From Oikopleura dioica (taxonomy: Eukaryota; Animalia; Chordata), in NCBI GenBank assembly GCA_907165135.1, contig OU015568.1:9424001-9488000 (forward strand): 64,000 bases of DNA, in the 5' to 3' direction. The translations under genes were made by a program, and so were the position numbers. A model generated the notes under the pieces. That model did not search any database, was not told the origin of the DNA, and saw only the letters and a program-made list of their open reading frames with translations. Each line of letters opens with the position of its first letter. Within the stretch, counting starts at the first letter, position 1. Below are positions 1 to 13,683 of this stretch, in pieces.

Positions 1-914
1 GTTCCTTAGAAACACTTTCTTTCTCGGCTCATTTTCTAGGGCTCATTTACATAACCCTCCTAAGAAACATTGACTCATCAAGAAGAAGTTGAAGGATCGT
101 TTAGTCCACGTCCGAATTGAACCACAATTGGCAGCTGTGCCGGAGCTGGTAATGCTCACCTTCTCGGGCGCCTTGCCCAGTCCTGGCGGTATAATTTTCT
201 CCCTTCTCATTTTTGATGAATCGACTCCAATTTCTCGCCGGCCTCTTTTCTGATAACTTATCCAAATATTCTCAATTGACGACGTGGGGCACTAGAATTT
301 CAAACCGCAAGTTTTGGGAGTTGTAATTTTATAAAATAAATATTAATCAAATTAGTACCTCCTAATTAAAGGGCCAATGATAATGCGTTTGGTGATCGGG
401 AGACCCTTAATTAATGAAAGAGTGACATTAATTAAAAGTTAATGCTTTTAGTGTTTATTGTCATTTCTCGCGAATTGACACTCACTGAGTGTCACCTATT
501 TAACGAAAATTTGACGATGATAAAAATGAAAGAGTACACGCATGGGGAAAGTGTTGATGCAAAAATAGGGATCTGACGTGGGAACGCGTGAGTGTTATCT
601 TTACTAAAGACACGATCTTGTTTAAGTCAAGCTGATTCGATTGGTTTGGAGGAGCTTCTTGTCATGGCTTGAAAATATTTTTTTTTATTTAAAAAGGCTT
701 ATTTTTAGAAGCCTGCATAAAGGCGTTATTTTATTGGCTTGAAATGTTGGTGGCGCTGTTCGTGCTTAATTTAGTATCTGATTGGTCGATAAATTCCGAA
801 TAAGATAATGTCGGTCGCTCAACCAATAAGATACCCAATAAAATTCAAACAGCGCTACCAATTATTTCATACAATGAAATTTCGTATTCGCATGAAATTT
901 TCAATCCTTGAAAG

Positions 915-2725
915 ACCCCATGGAGCTGTGCCAAAGAAACGGCCCAGGAATGTACGCTATTGAGGGACAATGCGAGCAGTACGTTCAGTGCTACGACTCT
1001 GCACTGATGGGTGGCCGCGGCGGGCGCGTCAAAAAGTGCTCCACTGGGCTGGTGTTCGACGCCGAGACCAAAGGCACGTGTTAAACATCCTCATTAAAAT
1101 TCTCAAATAATCGCTGCTCTAGTCTGCGACTTCGCCGAGAATGTTAAGGGTGCCTGTCACAACAACAAGCCCGCGTACAATAAGGGCGAGAAACCGAACG
1201 TCCCCGAAGAGGTAAGAGCTCTAGAATGACCTAAATGATGCCCTACTCAAAGCGCGCTTAGCATTTTTATCGAACAAAAGCCGCGCTCGATGTTTTATTT
1301 TCGATATTTTCGGGAAAAAGGGAAATCCGATTGACTTGCGATAAAAAATATTGAGCTCGGGGAAGAGTTAAGTAATTTTCAGATAAAAAATAACGAAACT
1401 TTTCAGGAAGAAATTCTCGAGGACCAGTGGATCAACGATGCGGACGAGTTTTGCAAACAAAATGGAGTGGGAACCCATCGCCATGCGAATGACTGCTCTG
1501 TTTTCTATGTGTAAGTTGTCAGCGATTTTAAGGGGGAAGACCACCATAAAACGAATTTTCGGCCGAAAAAATTAAATCAATTTTTAGATAAATACAAGAT
1601 TGAAATTATTTCTAGCTAAAAAAAAGGGTGCGCTAAAATCTTTGTTTTCTTATTTGTCTTTTTTTCGATTCGGTATTCTTCTATTTCATAACCCTTGTTC
1701 CAGCTTTACCTCAGTATTTTCTCCTACAAGTAGCGTCGTAATACAGCTGCAGCTAAAGTTGTCGCCTTTGATCTAAAATTACAAAAGAAGAAAAGGCGGA
1801 GATAAATGACATTATGTACGGTTAGCGAAAAAGATGCTTGTAGACAAGATTTTTCGGCTTCTGTTTTTTACGCGGTGCCGACAGATGCCAGATTAGATAA
1901 TCCTTTCGTTAAACGTGAGAGAGCTTTCTAAACATCGAGATAAAGTTATATTTCACCTTAACTAACCATGTCCCGAGTCCAGAATTTGAGAAATCGGCTA
2001 GAATTTGGGTCAAGATGGCTAATTTAAAGATTTCATGTTACCAAGCGAATCTACTTTCTAAGTCAGTTCCAAGGAAGATCGACTCGTTTGATTTAAAATA
2101 TAATTACTGCTTCGCGATTTCCGCAGAACATCCGGATCTACAGCCCTTTCGACAAACGTTGATGAGTTCCGACCAAAATATAAGCTATAAATTGAGGGAT
2201 TATTTTGACTTTCAACCAAGCAGCAAGAAATCAAAAAACTTTTCAAAGAAAAATGAATTTTAAAATCGTCTTTGAATCATGATTTTCATCCAAAAATCCT
2301 AAAAACAAAGCGCTTCTTGGGTCCGTGCTTCCGTCGATTACGCGTACTGCGGATTTTCAAGCTAACCATTCTTTGGTTAAAAATGACGAAATACGATTTT
2401 TCTTCTGTCAGCATTCAATGAAGAAAAATACCTATCATTTTCATCATTTTTAGTTGAGAAAGTCTTGTTTGTTTTTAAACAAACAGATTTTGACTTGAAT
2501 GCCACCTTGATAAAGTTTGTCTCTCGTTTCTAAATTCAAGCCCCTCCCAATATCATCATCATCGACTTGCATAAGTGTTGCTTTAGATGCCAGAGTTCCG
2601 GTCAATCCGACAAGTTCCACTGCCCCGATGGACTCGTCTACAACACCAAGGGTGGCTACTGCGACTGGGCAGACAACTTGGAGGACGGTTGCTTCACGCG
2701 AAATCTTTACTTGGTCGGCTATTAA
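915..2725 (+). CDS. Chitin-binding protein with two peritrophin-A/CBM14 domains; spliced, 5' end unresolved
   Basis: Exons ~915-1073, 1123-1211, 1407-1511 and 2587-2725 join in frame: CQRNGPGMYAIEGQCEQYVQC...CSTGLVFDAETKVCDF and CKQNGVGTHRHANDCSVFYVC...FHCPDGLVYNTKGGYCDW. Both show the six-Cys CBM14 pattern with CPxGLVF/Y. The first intron is GC-AG. Confidence 0.85.
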
Positions 2726-4240
2726 AAACATTTCTTTTATTAAAAAAATTATTCTCTTCTGAAAAAATAAATTGATTAAATTTTTGATCTTTTCGAACTC
2801 AAATCCGCCTAATTTTCTGTTTTCAATGAATCCAAAAATCCGAGGAAAGAGTTAATTAGCGTCAAAGAAAAAAGAAGTTCGGGGGAATCAATGAGGTCAT
2901 CACCTGAATATTTTAGCATGTTGAAATTCAAATATTTTGACAACGCTCAGTAAATTGCAGCCCTAAGAGGGAGAGAGCGCGGGGAATAGCTAAAGCGGGT
3001 TACTTCTCAAAATATTTTGGAATGGTACTTGCAGTTCATTTTGGAGCTTTTACGTTGCTAAATCATTTAGATTTCTAATGAAGCGAATATTTGGATAATC
3101 CAGTTTGAGGATTGGCGATTCTATCAGTCCTTAGGCAAGGGAATCCGCTATTTTATCAGCTCCCGCAAAGAAGCTGGATGAAATTGAATCAGAGTATTTT
3201 TCGTCGTCAACCCATGCTTGACGCTTGATGCGGTTACTGTGGCCGGCTGCGTGCGCGTCTGATCAAAGAAAGCTACTGAAATCTAAGTAAAAGGATTCGC
3301 AACTCCTGGCTTGATTCGATAATGTCAGGTTCAACGAATTTGGCAAGGAATGACTCTCACTGTCGGAATGACAAAATGCAGGCTTAGAAGGACGAATTGG
3401 CAGCGACTTTTTGAAATTGGCGGAATTGAAATGGGAACATTCTCCGCGGTCGATTTATGTCTAATTAAGGAAATGCTCGATCTTTCTCTACAAGATTTCT
3501 CTACCAAGGACAGCTCAGAACAGGAAAGAACTAAAAACAGGCAAGACAAATATCTGTGCTCTTGGTATGATTTTACGAGATTGCTAGAATTTCGAGAAGA
3601 AAATTATGCAAATTTTGGATGGAGATGAGGCAGCTTTTTTTTCTAAAAAACGCGTGTATTCACGAAAAGTTGAACACGAAACTTATTCAGTTTTTTTTTC
3701 TCTCACTAGCAGAAACACTCGCAAAGTATTTTCGACCATTGTTTAAAATTGGACTGTAGAAATGAATACTTTGCGAAATTCGAACAAAATTTCGTCCGAG
3801 CCTTATCCCTGTTTCTAAGTTTCTAATAAGAGCCCTTCGCTGTCAGTTTTTTTCTCAGGAGCAGATGTTTCATCCGCTGCCCCGCGAAAAAACAAAAAAT
3901 TTCAAAGCGAGTTTGTTTTTCAAGACGGGCGGCGCAGTCTATTAATCCTCCTGCTCTTTCTCTCCGGCTGAGACGCCTAATCCGACTTTCCCTTGAATTT
4001 CTCTCTCTCTCCCTGGGATTATGCGCTGCGGGTTATGTAAGAATGAAAATAGAGAGAATGAGAAAAAACGTGTTTTAGTTGATAAAGAGTTTATTCAAGC
4101 GTTATCACGTTTTGTACGAAGAAACGCTTCCGGTAGTAAAGTGCTTTCCCAAGTGTTGCGGATAATATTTCCGTGATTAAGAGTTACAAACTCAAGGAGC
4201 GCAGGACACGCTCTCGAAAGAGACCGAAGGCCTAAAGGAA

Positions 4241-5142
4241 TTAATCGAAGAGCTTGAGGATTTGGTCAGCAGTGAAATCGGCTCGGCAGGTCGGGCAGGT
4301 TTTCTGAGGAAGAGAGGAAAGGCACTGGAAGCAAGCCTTATGGCCACATGGAGAAACTGCTGCTTGAAGGTGGTCATCGTCGTATAATTCGAAGCAGACC
4401 TTGCATTTAAGCTTTTCGTTGTCTTCCATCGGTTTGTTCTCTTCTTCTGGAGTACCTTAAAAAGATAAATAAGTTTTGAACTTGCTTACTTGAATCATTT
4501 ACCTAAATCACTGTCATCATCTTTCAATGCCACCATGGCGAGTATGTAAGCCCGTTTTTGAACTTTCTTACGCCATATTTTCTTCGTGTTGAGTTCTTCA
4601 CTCGCCGCCTGCACATTTTTTTCTGCTAATTCGACTTGTTTTTTGGCCTCGACCAATTTTTTTTCAGCTTCTGTTACTTTGGATTTAGCAGAATCTTCCT
4701 CCATTTTTGACTCATAGAAATATCTGTTGACAACCGAAAAGCAGTCATAGTTTCCTATGTTTTATGTATTATGAACTGATATGACAATTATCGAACTCAC
4801 TTGTGTTATGAGTCCTTTCCAAAGCATTTTCACAGCAAGATCCAATCCAGTAGTCACGGTAAGATAATTCCTTGGCGCCACTATCCTCAAGACGCGATAG
4901 GGGAGCAGGACATTTGAATTTTGCGTCAGATTGCTTGAATGTGAATGTTCTCTCGGGAAATTTTGAAGAAGAGCATAATTCACATATTCGTTGACCATCA
5001 TATTCGGCGGTCGATTCTGTTAAACTAAAACTAATAAAAGATTTTTCATCTATACATACTGGTTGCAGAATTCACATTTTCGAAAAGAACCAATTGATGT
5101 TTCATAGTTAGGACTCGGACAAAAATTTGTAGGCGGGTCCAT
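4241..5142 (-). CDS. Putative E3 ligase: N-terminal CxxC...CxxC motif, coiled coil, C-terminal C3HC4 RING
   Basis: ATG at 5142. Three GT-AG introns (5059-5017, 4800-4755, 4502-4456; 43-47 nt) give one frame: MDPPTNFCPSPNY...KCEFCNQ...RICELC...KCPAP...GSCCENA...EAEKKLVEAKKQ...CKVC...CGHKACFQC...CPTC. Confidence 0.85.
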
Positions 5143-8100
5143 TTTTCTCTATTTTATTGAACAAGGTAAATTTATAAAAATCTATGAAACTTTATTCTAC
5201 ACCCAATTAGAATCTACCCCGATCTGTCAGTCACTGATTTTATCAAAATGAATCATTTTCTTACACCGTCGCTCCATGTGAACGATTTTATTTCTGTATC
5301 TTTCCCACACCTATAATAAGGGAAATTATTTTCAGAGGATATTCCTTCATCAAAGTTGAGCACTAAAAGAACCCCCAGAGAGGAGAGGATAGGATGATAT
5401 AATCCATTTTCGCCGTCGAACATGGGCACCTGACCGGCGCACGTGTCTCTGTGGTCATGATTTCATGAAGTGAGCCTTCTGACAGAGTCCTAACCTACTT
5501 ACTTAAATTCTTGCCTGAGATGTAATCCGTTTAATTCTCCTCGCCAAGTTAGTCTAGTTTTAAAGAAACGACCTTTTTTAATGAAGACAGTTTTGATCGA
5601 AAGTCTAAGTAAATATGGCTGTTTGTATAATTTAGCTAAAGCAGCTTCTAAATGAACGCTGGTTTGGACTGAGCTGATAAAATAAGCTTAAGCAAACGTG
5701 TTATTTTGTCCGAGGTCGAGTTAGATAAGGTTAAGTCGGCCATGTGGCGGGAGAGGCCCGGTTTTGCTCCGCTGATTATATCGAAAAAATCGTTTTGAAT
5801 TGAAATTAGAAGCAGCTTTGTGTTAACTTAAATGGATCTAATTCAGCTAATTCTAAATCCAAAAATTGATTTATGATATTGATATCAATTGAAATCAATG
5901 ATATTGATTTGCCAATTCATTGAAAGGCAATTTAAAATAACTCGACAATTACTACTAATCCAGTAGCTATCTTTGTGAGTCGTGACTCAAAAATCTCTCA
6001 TCCCCGAAATGAAAAAATGAAAAATGTTCACTCTTCTAAAAGTGGCCCCAATTATGGTCGCTGATCTTTGCCGCAGAGCGTAATTTTCGTAAAATCTGAT
6101 GAACCACACGCGTTTTTTTGAATTTACAAAATCTGACCTGACAAATTGATGCAAGAATTGATCAAAAGAAATCCTCAAAAGAAAAACCCTGTCAATTTAC
6201 ATTTAGTTATAAATAATCGCCCTTTATTTATAAATATTTTCATTCGTAAAAAACAGCGCTAGAAGTAGTTTCGATAATTTGTTAAATTTGGAGCGGGCGG
6301 AGCTGCTTGATTATGGTTAAAACACAAACTTATTTTATAATTATCATCGATTTCGACTTGCTGATTACTTGTCAGAAGAAAGCGCGGATGAATGATTTTC
6401 TTATCAGTAATAACACAGCGAGCAATTATCGAAAATGAACTTACTCGAGGAGAAACTCAAGGAACAAGACAAATTAGCATATTACCTGGTCTAAGGACAG
6501 GGCGACCACAATTTGAATACTGAAAAATTTTCGCGTCTTATCTAATTTTGGCGAAATGCAGCGGCCAGGCGCTTATCACTTCCACTGCGACCGCTCAAGG
6601 AACCCTTTCGGCGAGCTTAAAAAGCGGATAAACGCCTTTCGCGTATTTTATAGAAAAATTTCATAAGAATCCTTTTTGAGCCTAGAAATTTGATTAATTC
6701 GCGCGAAATCTCCGGCGCTACAAGTCTTTCCGCAAAATTGAAAATGATGATCTCCCAAATCTTCTTCCAAATCCACGATGAACACGTTTCCCAGAGCCTC
6801 GAAAAAAGAGCACGACGTAACTTTTCTTCGTTAAACCGAATCGTTGAATCCGCAAAAGAATCGAATATGCAAAGCATTCGTAGCTAAAACACGGAATCAA
6901 ACTGCCAGTGACAGTCCAAAATGATAAGAAAAAAAATTCAGAGGGACGTGTTAGCCTCGGATTCTCGGGCAATGTTATCCACTTCTTTCTGTCGGATGTA
7001 GCACGTGTAGCACGAGTCGTGAAAAAGTGTATCTCGTCAAGTCCAGAATTGACTATCTAATCGGCCCAAGCAATACATAATTTATCAAGCTCAAGGCGCG
7101 CTCCATATCTGCCCAAACAAAAATCTTGCGGCCAGGTTTCGGACATTCCAAAAATCCACCGTGTTAGATTAATGACTACGAAGCATTTCCGAAAATTGAA
7201 AAAGTAATATTCAATATTCAACGAAAATTAACTCACTTTTTTGAACAAAAAAAATTTTTTGGCAACACGCTTTTTTTAGAAAAATCGATCACTAAAATTT
7301 TCGTTGCGGATCTTCTGCCACGTGATAAAACTGTGCTTCCCACTTGTGGGATTATTTATTAATTGATTAATCCTAATTAGCAGCGAAAAAGTTCAAGTTT
7401 GAATCGACTCCAAAAGTTTACCTAAGCTCAGTTCCGCAATACCAACCATAATAAATTCAGAGGTTGCATGGCTATTCTGAAAAGTCATTCCCTTTTTTGA
7501 AGCGGTCCTTGAGTGGGAGCGGAACTTCCTCCTCTTCCCTCTTTTTGAGAAAGAGAGAGATCTGAAAGTGTCTTATCAAATCTCAGATAGCCGAGCCGAT
7601 ACCCATTTAGAAATAAAGAAAGAAGGACACGTAATGCGAAAGAATGGAACATGAGTACTTTAATTTTGATGAATCAAAAAAGAAGCTGGTTCTATCTTTC
7701 AAGCATTCAAAATGACTAAGCTACCTGGTGCTTCTAGTAGCTGAAAAGCTAGAAACGATCCCGAATGTACTAAATTCGATGGACAGTGAGTGCCCGCGGC
7801 CAGAAAACCACCACCGCAGCACTAATTCAGACAAGGGTCTCCACCTTGACGCAAAGCTAATAAACGTTTTTAGCAAAAAAGTGATTCAATATTTTCTCGG
7901 CCCAGATTTTTTCGCAGAACTGGGTCAAACTCTTTCACCAAAAAGAAACTTCAGTAAAATTCTAAGATCAAAAATTTGATTCAAAGAATTAAAAAAGGCC
8001 AAAACTAAAATAAGAAATAATCATTTCATCGAAAAACAAAATCTTTTTCAGCAAAAATCCTTACGAACTAAAACGTGGTTGATAATTTTGCGAAGTTCTT

Positions 8101-9277
8101 TAATTATAAATAACTTTGGCTCATTAATTTTCACTTTTCAACAACGTTCAATTTTTATTTTCATTAGCAATTATTTTAATAAAAAAATTAGCTTCCACAA
8201 CAAAATCCTTCAATAATGATTTGATGAGCCCTTTCTTCATTTTTTTAGCTACAGTTTAATTATAAAATAATCTCTAATTATCAATCGAGATGATGGTTTA
8301 TTTTTTGTGTATCGAAGATTGTCTAAATTCTTGAAAAGCCGAGTTTTAGACATCACTAAATTCAACAAATATTAGTTATTACTAATTGGTCATCATCTTT
8401 CTCCCACCCTAGCGGCAACATGCATACGGAATGAGAGGTAGGACCGTGGTGGGTATTACGCTTGGTCTCTTTTCCCGACCCTGCTTTACGACGCTGGGTG
8501 GCGCCGCCTGCTGAGGTCGAGCTCTGGTTGTTGCTCCGAGGCGTTCCACGAGCGAGCTCCACCGCCACCCGTATCACCAAGAAACTTGCCGAACGAGTGG
8601 CTCCCTCTTGTGCGCACCACCACCAGCCGCGTGCATCGCCCCATCCACAAGCATTGAGACGTTTCAATTTCGAAAAAACCTTTTGTAAAACCGCTGTAAA
8701 TATTCGAAACGGCGCACAACAGAGATTGTTGAAGCCAGAATAGAGAAAAAGACGCATAAATCAACGCTACACAAACTCCAATAACTTTTTATTCTAAAAA
8801 AGGTACGTGCTAATCTAAAAATAGAAATTTGATGGTGACGCCCTTAAAATAGAGAAAACACGTAAAACAAAACTTGATTTCGTTAAGTTATCTTCCTTGA
8901 TTTCAATTTAGAATCCATGGTTATCGTCAGTGAATAATTATCGTAAAAGAAAATATAATTGAAATTTAAATATTTCGCTGTTATTTTAAATGTTATTTTA
9001 AATTTCAAATGCTAATTTGATAGTCCTGTTTCAAAATTTATCACGTGCAACAAATTTAAAAAGCGGTAAATATCAATTAACCCAGAATCAGTAATTAGAG
9101 TCCTTTTAACATGAATTCTAAAAAAAATTAAATAATTATTTATCTTATTAGATTCTAGATATTATGAGGGTGAAAATGATAGCGCGGTAATTTCCGAAAA
9201 TTGATTTTATTTTCGAAATTTTTTGTTCTTGAATTATAAAAATCCGTTTCAGCAAGAAAACACAAACAACAGAAAAA

Positions 9278-11850
9278 ATGCTCGTGAAAGGACTTGCTTT
9301 GGTCGGAGCCACCAATGCCGCCATCAGAAGCCGAGTAGGTACCCACCACGCCAGTGTTGAAGACTACACAATCGGCTCTGTCGATCTCTCCAGCTTCATC
9401 ACAGCCTGGAATTACACAATGGTGAGTTTCAACTTTTAAATAATTCTCGGTGAAATGAAAGTGGAGGAATTTTGTTGCCACGGCGAAGCACATTCTTTTC
9501 GACTTGTACTGCAATAGTAATTAGCTTCAGTAGTTGGAGAAATAATCACTTGTAAGGCAGAGAGAAATTCTCGCTTCGTAGCTTTCGGCTTTCTTTGAAG
9601 TTCGTCTTAATACTGTAAGAAGTAGCTGATAAGCTGTGGCAAGCGAGTGTTATGCCAAGCGAGCCGCGGCAAATTACCAATAACAAAAATAGAAATGGGG
9701 AAATGGCTCCTTTCGAAAAAGGAACCTACTAATCCAGACTATATCCGCCATTGCGCCGAGTTTAAAATAATCTTCCATAATTAAATTTTGCTCAAAACAA
9801 CTTTTCAGGGTCCACCACCACGAAGATGGTACAAGGCCAAGTTCGGTCTCGAGTACTCGCCAGAGACCAACGACAACATCATCAAGAAATCGGGAGAGAA
9901 TGGAGAAACCACCGAAGATTTCGACTTTGGCGCCTTGACCAAGGACCACTACTGTCGATACAGAGAAGCAGGAACTGAGAGAGAAGGCCAGTGCTGTACA
10001 GAAGAGGATGACCACTGCTACACTAAGGTAAGAAGAGAAAGAGAGGCCCTTACGATAAAACAAGCGGTACACCCTTACGATAACGCCTGCGATCATTTGA
10101 ACTTTCACTCGAATTTTATCGTTAAAATTTTCTTCGCCTCGTATGACATCAGTTTTCAACAGCATTACTCGTTTACTAACGCTAATCGAAAAATTGCTGA
10201 TCATTTCTATTTTACCGGGCTTTCCAATTGGCAACAACCACGCCCTTCTTTTTTTTGAAACAGGCGAGTGCGAATGTATTAGAGAAACCATCTCAGTTTT
10301 CATCCCGTGACTCTGGCGAGGAATTAAGGGCATCCAGGTCATTATATTTTGTTTGAAAAAATTTGAGGTTGCAATTTTCGAGTTAAACTTTTTGCATCGA
10401 AAATTTTCCTGGTATAATTTTAAGTTTACGACTTGCAAGGGGCGACCTTATTTTTTTCGAAAAAAGGCAGCTGCTGCCTGCAGTTAATTACAAAATTCTA
10501 AGCCTGTGTCCTTTTGCTCCCTGGAAAACGATCGGCCTAACGATCCTCCTTGCGCATGTTATTATCTAATCACGTGACCGCTGAACCATTATTCCGTTCC
10601 GTTTCTTCAAGAAAATTTGGCAAATTTCGGGGCGCGTTTAACGTGTTCGCAAATTTCACAGCCAGCTGGCCTGACATAATGAAACAATTATCAAATTATG
10701 AAGCGAACCGCGGCCAACCTGACTTGTGGTCGCGAGACGCATCATATTTATAACCATTTGTTTAACCCGCGATTTTCAAAAACAAAATCTGCCAAAATTA
10801 TTTCAAAGCGAAAAGAACGTGTTCGTTTTTCGCGAGAGTCAAGTTTAACTCCGGAGAAAGTTGCGTTTTCTTTTGAAACAAAGGTTTCTTTGAAATTCTG
10901 ACACCCGCGAAAACGTAAAAAATATTAGTTCGCCGCGCGAGGAATTCTTTTCATCCCTTTCTTCCATAATTCTAGTGATGATTTTCACCGTCACGAAAAT
11001 AACTTATCAATAAGAGAAATTTCCTCCCTTTTCTTCAGTAAGAAAAGCGTCTTATCTTGAATGATAATAATTTTTATATGATTTCCGCTAGAAAAAGCCT
11101 AGACAAGACGTGTTGCTAATAAATTTAATTTTTTCTCGGCCGAGCAGGTGGACTTGTTCAAATGACGCAAGGCAACAAATTCGCGAGTTAATTTCGCGGC
11201 CGCGTCAAATTCAAGATTATTCGCTGTGAAATTGAACAAACGTTATCTTCGATTTCTCCATCAAAGTATTCATTTTCTTGTTTTTAGGCTGGCTGCTACT
11301 GCGACGTCGCTTGCTTCACTGTTTACGGCGATTGCTGCACTGATCATTTCGTCACCTGCTACGGTAAGCGAAAAACAGCAATGAAGGAAAGACTAACGGA
11401 GAATTTCTTTTTCAGAGGACTTGAACTTGTGCTTGAAAAAGATCACCAACAAGGCCGAAACTGAGCTTGCCCAGGCTTTGGAAGGCGAAAACGCAAAGAA
11501 AGAGAAACAGAGACCACTCGGCAGAATGGGAGGCATGCAGCTCGATGTTCAAACTGGACATGTTGTGGTAAGAAATCAAATTATTTTCGAACCACGACAG
11601 AACTAAGACCGCACCATTTCTTTGCACTTGGCTCATTATTTCATTCAGCCAAATGCCTGCTGCGGCCAGAAAGAATACAACGACGGAGTCGAGTGCTGTG
11701 TCAAGGGAGCCAACGGAAAGAAAGTCTACAGAATCGACCAAGATAACTCTCCTTGTGCCGAAGAGTGAGTCCTTTAGTCGCTCAACTAGTAACTAACAAA
11801 TCGAACTCAGGAGTGAATACGAGTACGAAGAAGAAGAGGAAGAAGAGTAA
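9278..11850 (+). CDS. Secreted Cys-rich protein: somatomedin-B domain, CCG..YN..CC module, acidic tail
   Basis: Signal-like start MLVKGLALVGATNA. Six GT-AG exons stay in frame and give GCYCDVACFTVYGDCCTDHFVTC (SMB pattern), ACCGQKEYNDGVECC and the C-terminus SEYEYEEEEEEE*. Confidence 0.85.
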
Positions 11851-12273
11851 ATTTTAAATTTAATATATAAACGGTAGCAAGCACAAAACACAACAACAAC
11901 AAAACCACAACAACGACTACACACCTCCTCTTGTATCTATATTCTTCTACAACACTGACAATACTCGACGATTTACTCGGTAAGTTGAGCTCTACGCGGG
12001 TTTGAACGGGACTTACGAGGGTGCCACTTATCTGAATAAGGATTTGTCTCGCAGGATGCCGCTCACTTGTCTTTTTGAACTCAATGAAATCAACTTCCAT
12101 CAGAAAATAAAAAATAAAGATATCTCTCGATAGAGCCGTATTCAACTCAAATTTCGAATACTTGGATCAAACAAGCTTAGCGATTATCTCCAAGAGATTT
12201 GAAAATAATCCAACTATGGGTTGGGCTCAATGATTCTCGGGTATAAACTTCAATCGAATTCTAGAGAACTTAA

Positions 12274-12408
12274 GGGCGTCACCGCCAATTCTCGTGAATC
12301 TTCGGGAAAAAACCGATCTTACAGTAATTCAACGACTGTCAAACTGTATCGTCTAAAAAAGAAAGAATGATGAGCGATTTTTTTGTAAAATTGCTGAGTG
12401 GTACACCC
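12274..12408. mobile_element. Possible short MITE flanked by TTAA on both sides
   Basis: TTAA at 12270-12273 and 12409-12412. The termini GGGCGTCACC and revcomp GGGTGTACCA are only imperfect inverted repeats. Confidence 0.3.
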
Positions 12409-13553
12409 TTAAGTCGCTCGTAACCTTGACGGATCTATAAACCCGTTTTAAATCGCTTCAATCCATCTCGCTTTCATCCCTGACACGAAATTAACTAATC
12501 CCTCTTTTCAGACACCTTTTCACCAAATCTGACGTCACGAACACAGAATCAAAGTCACCACCACCACCACAATCGCACCACAAAGCTACACACGAATCGA
12601 CATGACCGCTGCCGCACAAATTGTGACATAAAGTTGTACATAAGTCTAAATAATTATTAATTTAAAAATTCAAAAAAGAAAAAATCCTTCATTCACTACA
12701 GTACTCTAGAAAACATCCCTAGAAGCACCCCTTCCCGCCAAACCATGGCGGGTATTATTTTTACACCAGCTGGTGGTGCTCGGGAGTTAACAAGTCAAGT
12801 GAACCCACACACCCAGATCACCGCCTATTTTGTACGATTTCGCGCTAAAAAGAACACTCCCTGTATAAACTCACCCTGTAATATCGAATCAATAATATTT
12901 AAAAATGAAACCCGTTCGATCGAAAATCTCGCGAGGGAGCACCTTAAGTCCGTAATTTTGATACAAGTCGAAATTTTGCGTTAAAAACGGCCTAAGGCTG
13001 ATATTCCTAGCAAAAAATATTTTCTTTCATTTTTTCAAAAAAGCGAAAAAACTAGCGAAAATAAGAACTTGAAGAAAACCGACGATGAAGCAAGAATCTC
13101 CTTCGAAAAGTGAAGAACAATCACCGTGGCTTTCTAAAAGTGAACTTTTTCTGTCGATTTCGCAAAATTCTGTCGATAATATACAAACAGCTAAAATTTC
13201 AAAACAAAACAAAGCCTCCTTTTGTGCAAATTGACAGGTCTACAGAACGCTCAAGCAGGGCCACTAAAACCGAAAAGCATAAACAAGCAGCTTTTAACGT
13301 GCATTTCTGTAGATACCTCCTTAATCTCTCTTGAAAGTCTTGGAAAGACACGGCTCCTGACAGAATATCATGATTCAGGACATGTTCAAGTACTAAGAGT
13401 GGAATCAGGAGAAAAGCAACGAGTGCCCTAAGTGGTTCACCATGAGATTAAAGCTACCTCTACTTTCAAAGGTTTTTGGATATACAGTAGGAATCCTACT
13501 GTGGGTTATCAAAAACAGTAGAGGTAAGGGTTAGGTTTCGGTAGTGATAAAAA

Positions 13554-13683
13554 TATAATATAATATAATATAATATAATATAATATAATATAATATAATA
13601 TAATATAATATAATATAATATAATATAATATAATATAATATAATATAATATAATATAATATAATATAATATAATATAATATAA
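13554..13683. repeat. (TATAA)26 perfect pentanucleotide microsatellite
   Basis: Uninterrupted TATAA units over 130 bp. Confidence 0.98.

Noticed and set aside
1-300. Possible minus-strand exon (CPTSSIENIWISYQKRG...)
   Set aside because: A single open stretch with no recognisable motif and no linked exons.
8362-8764. GC-richer island with three overlapping ORFs
   Set aside because: No frame gives a recognisable protein or a convincing splice chain.
9674-10438. 254-aa minus-strand ORF
   Set aside because: Antisense shadow of an exon and intron of the SMB gene.
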